From positions 1 to 46,302 of the IMG/VR virus record IMGVR_UViG_3300031473_000131: a stretch of 46,302 nt of DNA. The stretch is one strand, 5' to 3'. Made by a program: the position numbers and the translations under genes. Shown piece after piece: positions 18,438-28,104 of the stretch (position 1 is the first letter of the stretch; the number at the start of each line of letters is the position of its first letter). This DNA is from a virus (taxonomy: Duplodnaviria > Caudoviricetes). The notes below the pieces were generated by a model. The model saw only the letters and a program-made list of their open reading frames with translations. It ran no database searches and had not been told where the DNA came from.

Positions 18438-18754
18438 AGTGGCACCTGCTCGGCCATGAACCACTGGTAATCGAGTCCGAGTCCCAGGTCGTAGCGTTCA
18501 CCCACCCCACTCAGAATCCACTCGCGATCCTCAGCGTTGATTATTTTGTCGCCGGTCTTGAGAGTGTCGAGGTTTTCGGTAAAGACTTGAAACTGGGCGT
18601 ATTGGGTGGATGAGGGAAAGAGCTTAAGGGCTTCTTCGGAGGCAGGGACAATGCTGACCGACATGCCCGTAATGGTCGGAGTGACAGGATACGAGTCTTT
18701 GTATCCCACTTTGGTCAGACGATAGACGGCAACGGTGGCATTCAAAAGCAGCAT
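18434..18754 (-). CDS. Head closure protein
   Basis: Position; LKTGDKI. Confidence 0.6.
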   Translation of the reverse strand: MLLLNATVAVYRLTKVGYKDSYPVTPTITGMSVSIVPASEEALKLFPSSTQYAQFQVFTENLDTLKTGDKIINAEDREWILSGVGERYDLGLGLDYQWFMAEQVPL

Positions 18755-19318
18755 TTACATGGGCGACAGCCGGTAGCGACGCACAACCTCCTCGACATAG
18801 CTGGGTAGTCCAGAAATTGGATCCATTGACGTAGCAGGCGGTAGGCCATAGTCAATCGTGACAGGGCCTTGGGTCAATCGCTTGACCTTTTCGTTTCCTG
18901 CCTCTCGTGTGGATTGCATCAATTGCTCGGCTACCCAGCGGATAAGCACGCGCTTCACATCTTCCGGTACCGTAGCTCCAGAGGTATAGGTCAAGACCAG
19001 ACGTTGGTGGCCGTAAGCTGGTATGTAGGCTAATCGGATGAAACTACGGTAGTTGTAGAAGTCGGTATCTGCCGTCATTGGTGCACCATCGAGGGTCAGG
19101 CTGGTGATGACGGTGACAGGCAGGGAATTTGGAAAGAGTCGGGACGCTCCTCCGTCAAAGCTTTCTGTGACAGGGTTGGTAACAGTCCAGGTGCGGTTAC
19201 AGGCTGACTCAATCTGTGCGATGGAGCCAGTAATGAGGTCCGTGGACAGTGCTTCACCCTCGAAGGTCAAGTCAACATTCAAATAGTCAGCAACGTTTTC
19301 GGGATTGATGTATGGCAT
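18755..19318 (-). CDS. Head-tail connector/adaptor
   Basis: IESACNR, YTSG..VPEDVK, VVRRYR. Confidence 0.8.
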   Translation of the reverse strand: MPYINPENVADYLNVDLTFEGEALSTDLITGSIAQIESACNRTWTVTNPVTESFDGGASRLFPNSLPVTVITSLTLDGAPMTADTDFYNYRSFIRLAYIPAYGHQRLVLTYTSGATVPEDVKRVLIRWVAEQLMQSTREAGNEKVKRLTQGPVTIDYGLPPATSMDPISGLPSYVEEVVRRYRLSPM

Positions 19319-19410
19319 ATACGGCTAGTGTAGGCATCTGGGCGTGTGATTTTATACAATAATCAGGTATATTACTTTGCAAACGTAGTCTGAAACAAAG
19401 GAAAGAAACG

Positions 19411-20322
19411 ATGACGCTTACTTCTCATCTCAAACTAAAGAACAGTCCGGTACGGATATTTCTCCATGACCGTTTTCCAAATACCAAAATTATCATCAAC
19501 GAGATCCGTGCGGTAGGCAATGCTGCGACCACGATTCGGCCAGAAACGAAAGTCCCTTGGTCATTACTCGGAACGGCAATTGACTTTCGCATTTGCGGTT
19601 ACTTTGCGCCAATTACCTTTCATGGTTTTCCGCCTCTTCAAGAAGTCTGGGGGGATGAAGATTTTATGGTGTTTTTTATGGAGACGATCCAACAAATAGA
19701 AAGCCGGGCGGCAGAGTTGTATTCCGCTGGTCCATCTTTAAAGCGTATTGATGAAGAGTCGCTTTGTCGGTTTTGCGTTGTTCTGGCTATGTTTGACCAT
19801 GAATTTCGATCTGGAATGATGCCTCTAGAGGTGTCACTTCTTAACCCAAAATTTACGACAACTGAAGAGTTTCTCTCAGTAATTCCTCAAGAGTGGGTTG
19901 ATGACCTCTATCAGATGTCTTTAGTATTTCGAAATACGTCTGTTGATTTATTGAGCCGTCCTGTCGTGCTTAACCCCCATTTTGAAGGTAGCATTGATGT
20001 AGGTGGGGCCGATGCGGACTTGATCATTGACAGCTGTCTGCTAGAAATAAAGGCGGCAATCAGTTTCAAGGTAAGCAGGCCAGAGTGGATTTATCAATTA
20101 CTTGGTTATTCTTTTTTGGACTATAGCAATAGTTACACTATAAACACCGTTGGATTCTATCTTGCTCGACAGGGCGTTTATATTCGGTGGAGTCTAGAAG
20201 AAATTATGGAGAAATTGGCAGGAAAAGAGGTTCCACCTTTAGCAGAATTGAGATTAGAATTTAAAAGCGTCATTAGCGGAGCAGGACTGGGAGTGGATAG
20301 AAGCATACTTTACAGATATTAG
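19411..20322 (+). CDS. Putative PD-(D/E)XK nuclease (moron)
   Basis: LGTAIDFRI; GADADLIIDSCLLEIKA; YQLLGY; AT-rich, antisense to late operon. Confidence 0.7.
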   Translation: MTLTSHLKLKNSPVRIFLHDRFPNTKIIINEIRAVGNAATTIRPETKVPWSLLGTAIDFRICGYFAPITFHGFPPLQEVWGDEDFMVFFMETIQQIESRAAELYSAGPSLKRIDEESLCRFCVVLAMFDHEFRSGMMPLEVSLLNPKFTTTEEFLSVIPQEWVDDLYQMSLVFRNTSVDLLSRPVVLNPHFEGSIDVGGADADLIIDSCLLEIKAAISFKVSRPEWIYQLLGYSFLDYSNSYTINTVGFYLARQGVYIRWSLEEIMEKLAGKEVPPLAELRLEFKSVISGAGLGVDRSILYRY

Positions 20323-20379
20323 TAGATATATGCTGAGACGGAATATTTCTTAATCCGTAAGCCTCTGAGCCTATGCCAA

Positions 20380-23300
20380 TTAACTGACCGTTCCACCTTG
20401 TCCAACAATCTGCCAATTCACTCCGTCTGAAACAATCACAATGTAGGAAAAGGCAGCCCCCAGCGTCTTGGTGGCCGCTCCATCAATGGTCTGGCTGGCT
20501 GAGCACCCCACCGTGACGTTGTTCGCCCCTGCGTTGATACGTTTGATGGTGTACTGGCGACCCGATATGCCAACGGCGGTGGGAAGCGTGGCTTGAAAGG
20601 CGGCAGAGGTGGCGTTAGCCAGGATGACCGAATCGGTAGCGGTGATGGTGTAGGTGGTGGTTTTGGAGACGAGTGCGGTGGCGATGGGACCGTTCGCGCG
20701 GATCGCGCCCAGACTGAACAGCGAGGAAAACCCGTCTCCAACTGGAGCCGCGATGCCTGCGATATATGACGTTCCAGTATTGCTGCTTGGGTTGCCGGTA
20801 GGGCTCGTGTCGACTGGAGACTGGAGATCGAATCCTAGTTCAAGCACGAGTCCCGACGCTGGCGCCGTCCCTCCCGCGGTCACTGTGGCTTTTTCAGAGC
20901 TCGTGAGTTGCCGGTTCCACATCCTGACCACGTCCAGGACCCCCTTAAACTCCGTGCCGGCTTCGCCGTTCCGCTTCCCCAGATAGAGATTATTGGTTCC
21001 AGACGCACTAGATGTGCTCACGATCGAGTTTTCTACGATGCCGTTCACACTGATTGAGGTGTTCGCGCCGTCCCAGTCAAATATAATGTCGTACGTACCG
21101 CCTGCCACAAGCGTAGTCGTCGAGGTCGGATTCGCGCCTCCCCAGATACCGCCTCTGATTTTCATTCCCGACGTGATATTCAAGTAATAACGACCCACGC
21201 TCATAAGTGGGTACGATCCCGACGCTGAACTGTAGGTCGGATCAAGCTGTAGTCGACAGGCAATGGTAAATGGTTCCGCTACTGCACCCCGCATAATCGC
21301 GCCATTGTTCCCTGCATCGAGGTAGCTACCTGATGACCCAGCTAATTGCAAGGCATACCCTTGACCGAGAATGAGTTGACCAGACATATAGTCGCCCGTT
21401 CGAGATACTACCCCCAAGGCACTTCTGGCGGCGGCGGCTGTACTCCCACCTGTCCCACCACTAATAACAGGGAGTGGAGAATTGTCCGTTACCCGGGAAC
21501 CGTCAGCTCGCCAGTTATTGCTCACGACATCAGTTGTTGCCAAGGGGCTCACAATGGGCGAGTTGTGGGTGACCGAATTCTGGATGACCTGTTCCTTCAC
21601 GTCGCTATTGCCAATGATTTCGTGCTTAATTTCACTATCAAGGTAGAACGTCTTGACGAGATTCGCACCACCCATCATTTTGTTGTTTCGGTAGGTGTTT
21701 GGATGAGTGACATCACCCGAGGTATGAAGTTCAGCGAAGACATATTTCAACTTGCTGGCAGCACCGAGGTCGTCGTAAATGATATTGCCATCATAATCCT
21801 GACCACCCAACTCAGCCAGGAAGATTGCCTGGGCCCATTCCGTGCTCGTGTCAGGATCAGTAATGCAGTTGTAGAAGACATTGCCGTGAGAAGTCTTTTG
21901 GGCAGTTTGCAGGCCATATCCAAAAATGATCGGACCGCTCTGAACACGGACAAAGATATTGTTGCTGCACATTCCCGCGATTTGACCATCACTATCGGCG
22001 AAGGTGATTGCATCCATCACCAGATTATTGTTGAAGGTCCAGGCATAGTTCTCGTGGCCGGGAGGGGTGCTATAGCCAGGAGCGATCACCGCCCGAGAGT
22101 TATAGAATTTGGCGTCATGGACGACGAAGCCAATAGATTCATAAATGGCGATATGAAAGTTGTCTACGGTTCTGGCGAACAGGTTATTATCGTCAAATGT
22201 TCCGGTAATGTCGATACCGTGAAATCCAGTGCGGTTCGAGTCGAACGCGTCAGCATAGGTTCCATCGCCGGCAATCCGTTTCTTGGTTTGAAAGCAACGA
22301 AGATTGAAGTTGAAGTTCTTTCTCCCACGGAGGTTAGACGTGCCACCGGCCATAGCAATCGTCGTTCCATACAGATTCTCAAATCTGCCATCGACCCATA
22401 GGCCGTCGAGATCCTCCGATAGAATATTGATAGAGTAAGGCCGCGTTCCCACCGCCCCCGTATTGTCGTGTGAGTAGTAATCTGTGATGTGGACGTTCTT
22501 GAGCGATCCGAGAACCCCGGTGTATTTGCCGTAGATGACGATACCAGCCAAGACACCATCTGCGCTCCCGGCCCTGTTGACTGATTCGAGACGTTCGAGA
22601 TAAAAGTTTCTCGAGAGGTTGGCTGTGCTGGTGTTCCCTCGAATATAGACACCTGGGATGCGACAGCCCATGTGGTCAAACACCACATCTCTGACACTGA
22701 TATTGCCGATCGTTGTGGAATCATCGGAGTAGAAGGTGAACATGCCATTGACCCCGCCCGACGGGTCGAATCCACAGTACATGGTTGTGCCGAAGTTGGG
22801 CCACCCGTCTACCGAGAGGTTCTTCCGGTCGTAGTAGAGCCGCGCACTGGTGATGTGGGACTGCATCAGCAGCATTCGGCCACCACCGGCCGATCTGATA
22901 GCAGCGAGGCAGGCAGTCATTGCCGCGAGATCGTCGGTGCCAAACGCAACCGACGCGCCACTTACAGAGGTGGAGGCGATTACGGTGAGAGTTACCTGAG
23001 TCGCCGATTGGTAGGATGCGATGGTTGTCGTCAGCACGCCTGAAGAAGTGCCGGCACCCGTGACGATGATCTGCTTCCCGACGTCACCACTGATAAAGGT
23101 CGCTGTCGCGGAGCTCAGAAGTCCAGATGAGGCGGTCATCACGCCGTCCATCACCTTACGAGCATCACCAACCGCACCATAGGCTTTGACGTTGTAGACC
23201 TGCGTCCCCTTATCTAACAGCGTGCCAGCATTGAAGGTCTTCGTTCCAGTAACCGTTTCCGTTCCAGACAAGTGCACAACCGTGTTGTCGTTCGCCTTGA

Positions 23301-23901
23301 GTGCAAGTGCGCTACTGACGGCAGTCGAAATGGGCTTGTTGGCATCAGTTGTGTTATCGGCGTTCGCCAAACCCACCTGACCCTTGGTCACTGCATGGGG
23401 ATTATCAGTTCGTGCAGCGTGCGTGACAGACGCAGCCACACTGGTGTTGGCGGTTACAGCGGTTTGAAAGTCAGAGATGGTTGCGGCGGTCTGCGTCCCA
23501 CTATGGTTTGCACGCTGCGTGGCATCCATATTGGGCACGTTAGCAAGGCCAACTTGCGTCTTGGTTACGTTATGCGGGTTGGAGGTATTGCCGGTATGGG
23601 TGGCCAGAGCTGTGGTATCCGCCTTGGTCGCAAGGGCAGATTGGGTAGCACTGGATACGGGTTTCGCAGTATCTGCGGTATTGTCGACCGCGCCTAGCCC
23701 CACCTGTGTCTTGGTGACCGCGTGAGGATTGGCAATGTCTGAAGTATGGGACGTGAGGGCCTGTTGGGTCGCCAGCCCATCAAGCAAGGCGGCTTTCGTC
23801 GCTCGCTTGGTCGTTGGTGTGGTGGCCGTGACGATGATGACCGAGTCGTTAGCGGCAACTGATGAAGCTATCGGAAGCAGTGAGCCTACCTTAGTTGCCA
23901 T
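20380..23901 (-). CDS. Large virion fibre/depolymerase: repeats, pectin-lyase-like beta-helix, LamG-like domain
   Basis: Three NPHxVTKxQVGL repeats; YNVKAYGAVGD; FKGVLDVVRMWNRQLT. Confidence 0.75.
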   Translation of the reverse strand: MATKVGSLLPIASSVAANDSVIIVTATTPTTKRATKAALLDGLATQQALTSHTSDIANPHAVTKTQVGLGAVDNTADTAKPVSSATQSALATKADTTALATHTGNTSNPHNVTKTQVGLANVPNMDATQRANHSGTQTAATISDFQTAVTANTSVAASVTHAARTDNPHAVTKGQVGLANADNTTDANKPISTAVSSALALKANDNTVVHLSGTETVTGTKTFNAGTLLDKGTQVYNVKAYGAVGDARKVMDGVMTASSGLLSSATATFISGDVGKQIIVTGAGTSSGVLTTTIASYQSATQVTLTVIASTSVSGASVAFGTDDLAAMTACLAAIRSAGGGRMLLMQSHITSARLYYDRKNLSVDGWPNFGTTMYCGFDPSGGVNGMFTFYSDDSTTIGNISVRDVVFDHMGCRIPGVYIRGNTSTANLSRNFYLERLESVNRAGSADGVLAGIVIYGKYTGVLGSLKNVHITDYYSHDNTGAVGTRPYSINILSEDLDGLWVDGRFENLYGTTIAMAGGTSNLRGRKNFNFNLRCFQTKKRIAGDGTYADAFDSNRTGFHGIDITGTFDDNNLFARTVDNFHIAIYESIGFVVHDAKFYNSRAVIAPGYSTPPGHENYAWTFNNNLVMDAITFADSDGQIAGMCSNNIFVRVQSGPIIFGYGLQTAQKTSHGNVFYNCITDPDTSTEWAQAIFLAELGGQDYDGNIIYDDLGAASKLKYVFAELHTSGDVTHPNTYRNNKMMGGANLVKTFYLDSEIKHEIIGNSDVKEQVIQNSVTHNSPIVSPLATTDVVSNNWRADGSRVTDNSPLPVISGGTGGSTAAAARSALGVVSRTGDYMSGQLILGQGYALQLAGSSGSYLDAGNNGAIMRGAVAEPFTIACRLQLDPTYSSASGSYPLMSVGRYYLNITSGMKIRGGIWGGANPTSTTTLVAGGTYDIIFDWDGANTSISVNGIVENSIVSTSSASGTNNLYLGKRNGEAGTEFKGVLDVVRMWNRQLTSSEKATVTAGGTAPASGLVLELGFDLQSPVDTSPTGNPSSNTGTSYIAGIAAPVGDGFSSLFSLGAIRANGPIATALVSKTTTYTITATDSVILANATSAAFQATLPTAVGISGRQYTIKRINAGANNVTVGCSASQTIDGAATKTLGAAFSYIVIVSDGVNWQIVGQGGTVS

Positions 23902-24052
23902 TACCCTCCAGACCGATGTAAAAACCGTCTTCTGTCATCAAGTAATAGTGGTCCTCCGTTAAGAGGCGACCAGGCAGTGGCTTAAATACCGGTGGTCGCG
24001 GTGTAAGCAGAGGCGCTCGGGGTGTGAAAAGGGGAGTTGACTCAGTAGCCAT
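23891..24052 (-). CDS. 53-aa protein with LLTED/LMTEDG motif (not in ORF track)
   Basis: MATESTPLFTP...RLLTEDHYYLMTEDGFYIGLEGNGN; overlaps fibre start. Confidence 0.6.
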   Translation of the reverse strand: MATESTPLFTPRAPLLTPRPPVFKPLPGRLLTEDHYYLMTEDGFYIGLEGNGN

Positions 24053-24161
24053 ATACCGACAGCATAGCGATGCGGGGGGTCAGGGTTATATGTTCACCTC
24101 AGTCTGGTATAGTGTGAACGGACAGTGAACACACCTTTTTCGGAGAGGGTATCGACTAGGT

Positions 24162-24707
24162 ATGTCGTCGTCACGCTCTGAGGCTGAAGAACATCTGCTT
24201 ACGGTTCTCGGGATGGTTAACGAGTGGCTACGCTTCGCTGAAGCAAAAAACGCAGGACTGATTGCCCTCGGAAGTCTGTCACTGACCGGGCTCCTCACCT
24301 ATGCCGCTGGCTTGAATTTGCCCCCGAAAGGTGCTGTTGCGGCGTTGGTCGTCGGATGTGCGCTTTGGTTGGGTAGTATATGCCTTGCCACCTATAGCTT
24401 CATGCCTCAGACCAACGCTGTGAACAGTAAGCTGCCTCTCAAGAATCTAGTCGACGAATCCGACAATCTCTTTTACTTCGGGCATTTGGCTAACTTCAGC
24501 AGTCAAGCGCTTCTCACCGCGCTAGGATCGAATCAAAATGGCGACAACGCCAGGGGCAGATTTGAAAATGATCTGGCGGGTCAAGTAATCATCAACAGTC
24601 GAATCACTGTTTCAAAGCTCGACTTATTCGACAGCGCCACTCGCTGGTGGCTAGCTGGACTGTTAGTCGTTTCAGCAGGAGTGCTGTGGACACTACTCGG
24701 AGGGTGA
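24162..24707 (+). CDS. pycTM: Pycsar-type transmembrane effector (PycTM-like)
   Basis: NEWLRFAEAKN, NLFYFGHLA, DLAGQVIINSRITVSK; 3 TM; adjacent to cyclase. Confidence 0.8.
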   Translation: MSSSRSEAEEHLLTVLGMVNEWLRFAEAKNAGLIALGSLSLTGLLTYAAGLNLPPKGAVAALVVGCALWLGSICLATYSFMPQTNAVNSKLPLKNLVDESDNLFYFGHLANFSSQALLTALGSNQNGDNARGRFENDLAGQVIINSRITVSKLDLFDSATRWWLAGLLVVSAGVLWTLLGG

Positions 24708-24714
24708 GACGCAA

Positions 24715-25656
24715 ATGAATTTGGAAGAATTTCGAGACAGTCTCCTGGAAGAAATACGTGGAGTTGGCGGTCCATTATTTGAACACGTCATTACAAAAAC
24801 AAATCTGGTGCCATCAATTGATGACCAGAATATTACGTATCCCAACTTAATCGAGAAAATGCAAAAGAGTAAGCTTCTTGAATCTGCTGTCCTTTTTGTT
24901 GACTTACGTAACTCAACCGCCATCAGCTTGAACCATAACCAGCAGACGTTAGCTGCACTTTACTCAACCTATGTACGTTCCATGACTAGGGCCGCGCATT
25001 ATTTCAACGGACATGTGAGGAACATCATAGGAGATCGCGTGATGGTTGTCTTTGACCGTGAAAATTGTTACCGGAAGGCCGTAAATACGGCCATGCTGAT
25101 GAATAGCGTCGCTAATTATATGCTAAATAAAGAAACCTCTGCTGTTCAGGTAAAAGTAGGAATTGGAATAGACTTTGGAGAGATGTTGATTACAAAAACA
25201 GGGATTATTAAGAGAGGTTCAGAAAACACGTCTAACAAATCACTGGTATGGCTAGGTAAGCCGGCAAATGTGGCTTCTAAGCTTACTGATATGGCCAACA
25301 AGCAGCGAAATGCGCCTGAAAGGATGGTTGAAGAGGGGGATTACTACCCGGCTCTTGAAGAATGGGGCTGGTATAGATACTCAGTGGATGAGTTTCTGAG
25401 TAGAATTGAAGCGATCGGTGGAAAAATAAGGCATAGGGAGCAGTACTTTGAGACGTTCATCAAAGTGATGTCGAACCCTCCTGTCAATCCGCCTATCTTG
25501 ATGACCAAATATTTTCATGACGGACTTACAAAAGAGCATTCGGAACTCAAATGTGTCAAAGACGAGTTCTGGAAGGCTCAGGACCTTTCTCTTCCCAGAG
25601 TAACTGGGAAGATTTATGGAGGTAGCGGTTACTTCGAGTCGGTGGCCAAGTACTAG
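24715..25656 (+). CDS. pycC: Class III nucleotide cyclase (Pycsar PycC-like)
   Basis: LFVDLRNST, IGDRVMVVF, VGIGIDFG, VWLGKPANVASKL. Confidence 0.85.
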   Translation: MNLEEFRDSLLEEIRGVGGPLFEHVITKTNLVPSIDDQNITYPNLIEKMQKSKLLESAVLFVDLRNSTAISLNHNQQTLAALYSTYVRSMTRAAHYFNGHVRNIIGDRVMVVFDRENCYRKAVNTAMLMNSVANYMLNKETSAVQVKVGIGIDFGEMLITKTGIIKRGSENTSNKSLVWLGKPANVASKLTDMANKQRNAPERMVEEGDYYPALEEWGWYRYSVDEFLSRIEAIGGKIRHREQYFETFIKVMSNPPVNPPILMTKYFHDGLTKEHSELKCVKDEFWKAQDLSLPRVTGKIYGGSGYFESVAKY

Positions 25657-26001
25657 TTATTTCTTAACCGGCACCTTCCCCACCATCTTATTCTCAGGTG
25701 CAGTCACGTCCTTTTCCTCTTCCGATACCACTTCCCGATGAGCCTCAACGTCTGACTCACCCACCGATACTGGTTCAAGCTCTGAAGGGTCTTGCGGATC
25801 ACGCTCTTTGGCCGCCTGATTATCCCCATATACGCTCTTGTCATAGACCGGAAAGTCATTTTCTGCGTCACCGAGCACTACCAACGAGCTGCCTAAGCGA
25901 TCAGCTTCAACCTGGGAAATGACATGCTCCTCGCCGTGGCCGAACACACGGGCTCCCAACAGGGTTGTTTCATTGAATCGAACTTGTACCATCTTAGACA
26001 T
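25657..26001 (-). CDS. Hypothetical protein after capsid gene
   Basis: AGGAGG SD; APENKMV tail typical of post-capsid small genes. Confidence 0.65.
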   Translation of the reverse strand: MSKMVQVRFNETTLLGARVFGHGEEHVISQVEADRLGSSLVVLGDAENDFPVYDKSVYGDNQAAKERDPQDPSELEPVSVGESDVEAHREVVSEEEKDVTAPENKMVGKVPVKK

Positions 26002-26043
26002 AACTGTCCTCCTAAATATTATTGTGTAATTCGTCGCTCAACA

Positions 26044-26064
26044 CTGGCCGGAGTGACCGGCCAG
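26044..26064 (-). terminator. Hairpin after major capsid gene
   Basis: CTGGCCGG-AGTGA-CCGGCCAG; no U-tract, may stabilise mRNA instead. Confidence 0.4.
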
Positions 26065-26080
26065 AGGTTGAAGGACCAAT

Positions 26081-27238
26081 TTAGCTAGCTGCGGTTTTCA
26101 CAACAGCAAACGCTTTGTCGCCTTCGGCCAATTGAATGTCGATGTTCTCGATGATTCGGACAGCGGACATGTCCTGTTGCCACAGATTGATGGTGGTTGT
26201 GCCATCAGTATCCTTGATTGTGGCCTCGCGGCTGATATCGAAGGAGTATTCCTTTTTGTCAGCAAACAGCATGTAGCTCAAATCACCCACCGCCATGAAC
26301 TTGGTACTGAGTTGTGTTCCATCAGTGGTTCGTGGCAATACCCGGACAAACTGAACGGGAATGTTCCAAATTGTGTTTGGACGTCCCTCAGTAGGGTCTT
26401 GGATCAGGTATCGGCCAGTCGTGTCCTTGATCTTGCGCAAAGCATTGAAGACCGAGAAGGACATGTACCACTTGGCGTTAGCAGCGGCATCGTCATCCAG
26501 CAAGGCCAGCGCAGCCAACATGTCGTCAAGGGTTATCTTGGTGTAGGTTGTCATGGTTGACGGCAAGGTCAACACAGGCACGTTGGCGTTCTGGAAGATT
26601 CCCTCGCCAGAGGCTAGTCCCTGGAAGCCCCAGGTGTCTTCGGCCTTGGCGAATGCCTCGGCGTAGAGCATGGTCAGGATATTGACGGTGTCAACATTGG
26701 CCCGGCGCAATAACTCATTGGACATCGGCGTGATACCTGCCATTTTCTTGACGGAGATCACGGTCTGGCCAGTCGTTGGCTGCACAGCCGGGATCGCACC
26801 CTTTTCAGAGACACGGTTCACGGACACTGAGCCAATCGTTGGTAAGCGGACAGTATCGCCCTCGGTCGGAACCCCGTACGAGCGGGCATCACGGCGAACT
26901 ACACCAAAGGTTGGAGCAATTCGGATGATCTCGCTGGAGAAGGTCTCCGGAACGAAGAATCCACCATCGGTGTCAGTACCGGTTGAGAGGGACTTCATCT
27001 GGGTTTCGTCGTGCGCCATGGCTGCCTGGATGAACTCAGCGGACTTTTCCAAGCCCTCCTTTGCATCTTTGGTAGCATCGCGCACATCTTCCCCAAATAA
27101 TTCCTTTCGACGATTCGGCAGGTCTGCTTTCATTTGCTCGAATACATCTTTGGTGATGGCGGGCATCAAGGTTTCGGTCAGGTCTTTTTTTACGCCGTCC
27201 TTAATATCGGTAACGATTTGTTCTAATTCTTTTTCCAT
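26081..27238 (-). CDS. Major capsid protein, HK97 fold
   Basis: DGGFFVPE, LRKIKDTTGRYL, GDLS. Confidence 0.95.
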   Translation of the reverse strand: MEKELEQIVTDIKDGVKKDLTETLMPAITKDVFEQMKADLPNRRKELFGEDVRDATKDAKEGLEKSAEFIQAAMAHDETQMKSLSTGTDTDGGFFVPETFSSEIIRIAPTFGVVRRDARSYGVPTEGDTVRLPTIGSVSVNRVSEKGAIPAVQPTTGQTVISVKKMAGITPMSNELLRRANVDTVNILTMLYAEAFAKAEDTWGFQGLASGEGIFQNANVPVLTLPSTMTTYTKITLDDMLAALALLDDDAAANAKWYMSFSVFNALRKIKDTTGRYLIQDPTEGRPNTIWNIPVQFVRVLPRTTDGTQLSTKFMAVGDLSYMLFADKKEYSFDISREATIKDTDGTTTINLWQQDMSAVRIIENIDIQLAEGDKAFAVVKTAAS

Positions 27239-28065
27239 TATTTATTCACCTCCTTCGTTGAAGGTTGTAATAGGTTTTTCATCGCAGTCATTTGGGCCAG
27301 CAGTGCCGTGTCCTTGGCGTGGATGTGGGTCTGGATATCGGTCAGGAAGCTTTTGAGCTGTTCCTGCCTAACTTCAGCCTCGGAGCCGGTCTTGATGGCC
27401 TCGACCGCTTCAATCAGCCCCTTCTTTAATTCCTCGGTCACCGGGATCTCAAAGGATTTGGACTCGTCGAAGGTGACCGTCGCCGTCGCGAAGTCGTCGG
27501 CAAACTTGAAGTCGGTTAGGGCTTTCACCTCTGTCTCGGTCACAACCACGGCCACGGAGGTATCAGACTCCAGCTTGGCAATCGTTTCCTCTGATACGCC
27601 TAGATTCTTCATCATGGTCAGGGCAAAGGGGTTGGCCGGGATATTGACAGCCGAGAATTCAAACAGCTCCCAGTCAAAAATCTTGAAGCCGCCCTCCGCA
27701 GTCTTCGAGGCAGTCTTGAGGTTGGGCAGGAAGCCGATTGACCAGGCACGCATGATGCCTTCTTCGTAGAGGTTGTAGACCTCATCGGCGAATTGACTCT
27801 TGCCCTCAGTTGGGAACTTGACCTTGGCGTGGATACCGGCGTCATCAACATACAGCTCAGGAGCCGTGGCAATAGCCGGGCGGTCAGAGGCGTTGTGGCC
27901 AAATAGGACCACGGGATTTTTCAAATAATTGTCGAGCTTGGCCCCGGTCGGCACCATGATGTCGCCGTAGCGGTCAACATCGGGGGTGGAGATGGTCACA
28001 AGCAACGAGCGTTCGTCTTTGAGGGCTTTGACGTCAGAATTAAAGGTCTTGCGGATGAGTTCCAT
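27238..28065 (-). CDS. Prohead protease, HK97 family
   Basis: VDRYGD, NPVVLFGH, WSIGF, ELFEFSAVNIPANPFA. Confidence 0.93.
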   Translation of the reverse strand: MELIRKTFNSDVKALKDERSLLVTISTPDVDRYGDIMVPTGAKLDNYLKNPVVLFGHNASDRPAIATAPELYVDDAGIHAKVKFPTEGKSQFADEVYNLYEEGIMRAWSIGFLPNLKTASKTAEGGFKIFDWELFEFSAVNIPANPFALTMMKNLGVSEETIAKLESDTSVAVVVTETEVKALTDFKFADDFATATVTFDESKSFEIPVTEELKKGLIEAVEAIKTGSEAEVRQEQLKSFLTDIQTHIHAKDTALLAQMTAMKNLLQPSTKEVNK

Positions 28066-28104
28066 ACTTGCAGTCTACGAATGTAGATCCTCCTGTTTAG
28101 ATAG

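Noticed and set aside
21346-22401. Long plus-strand ORF (351 aa) and similar ORFs at 26670, 29629, 45373 and 620
   Set aside because: Antisense shadows of well-supported genes with no motifs
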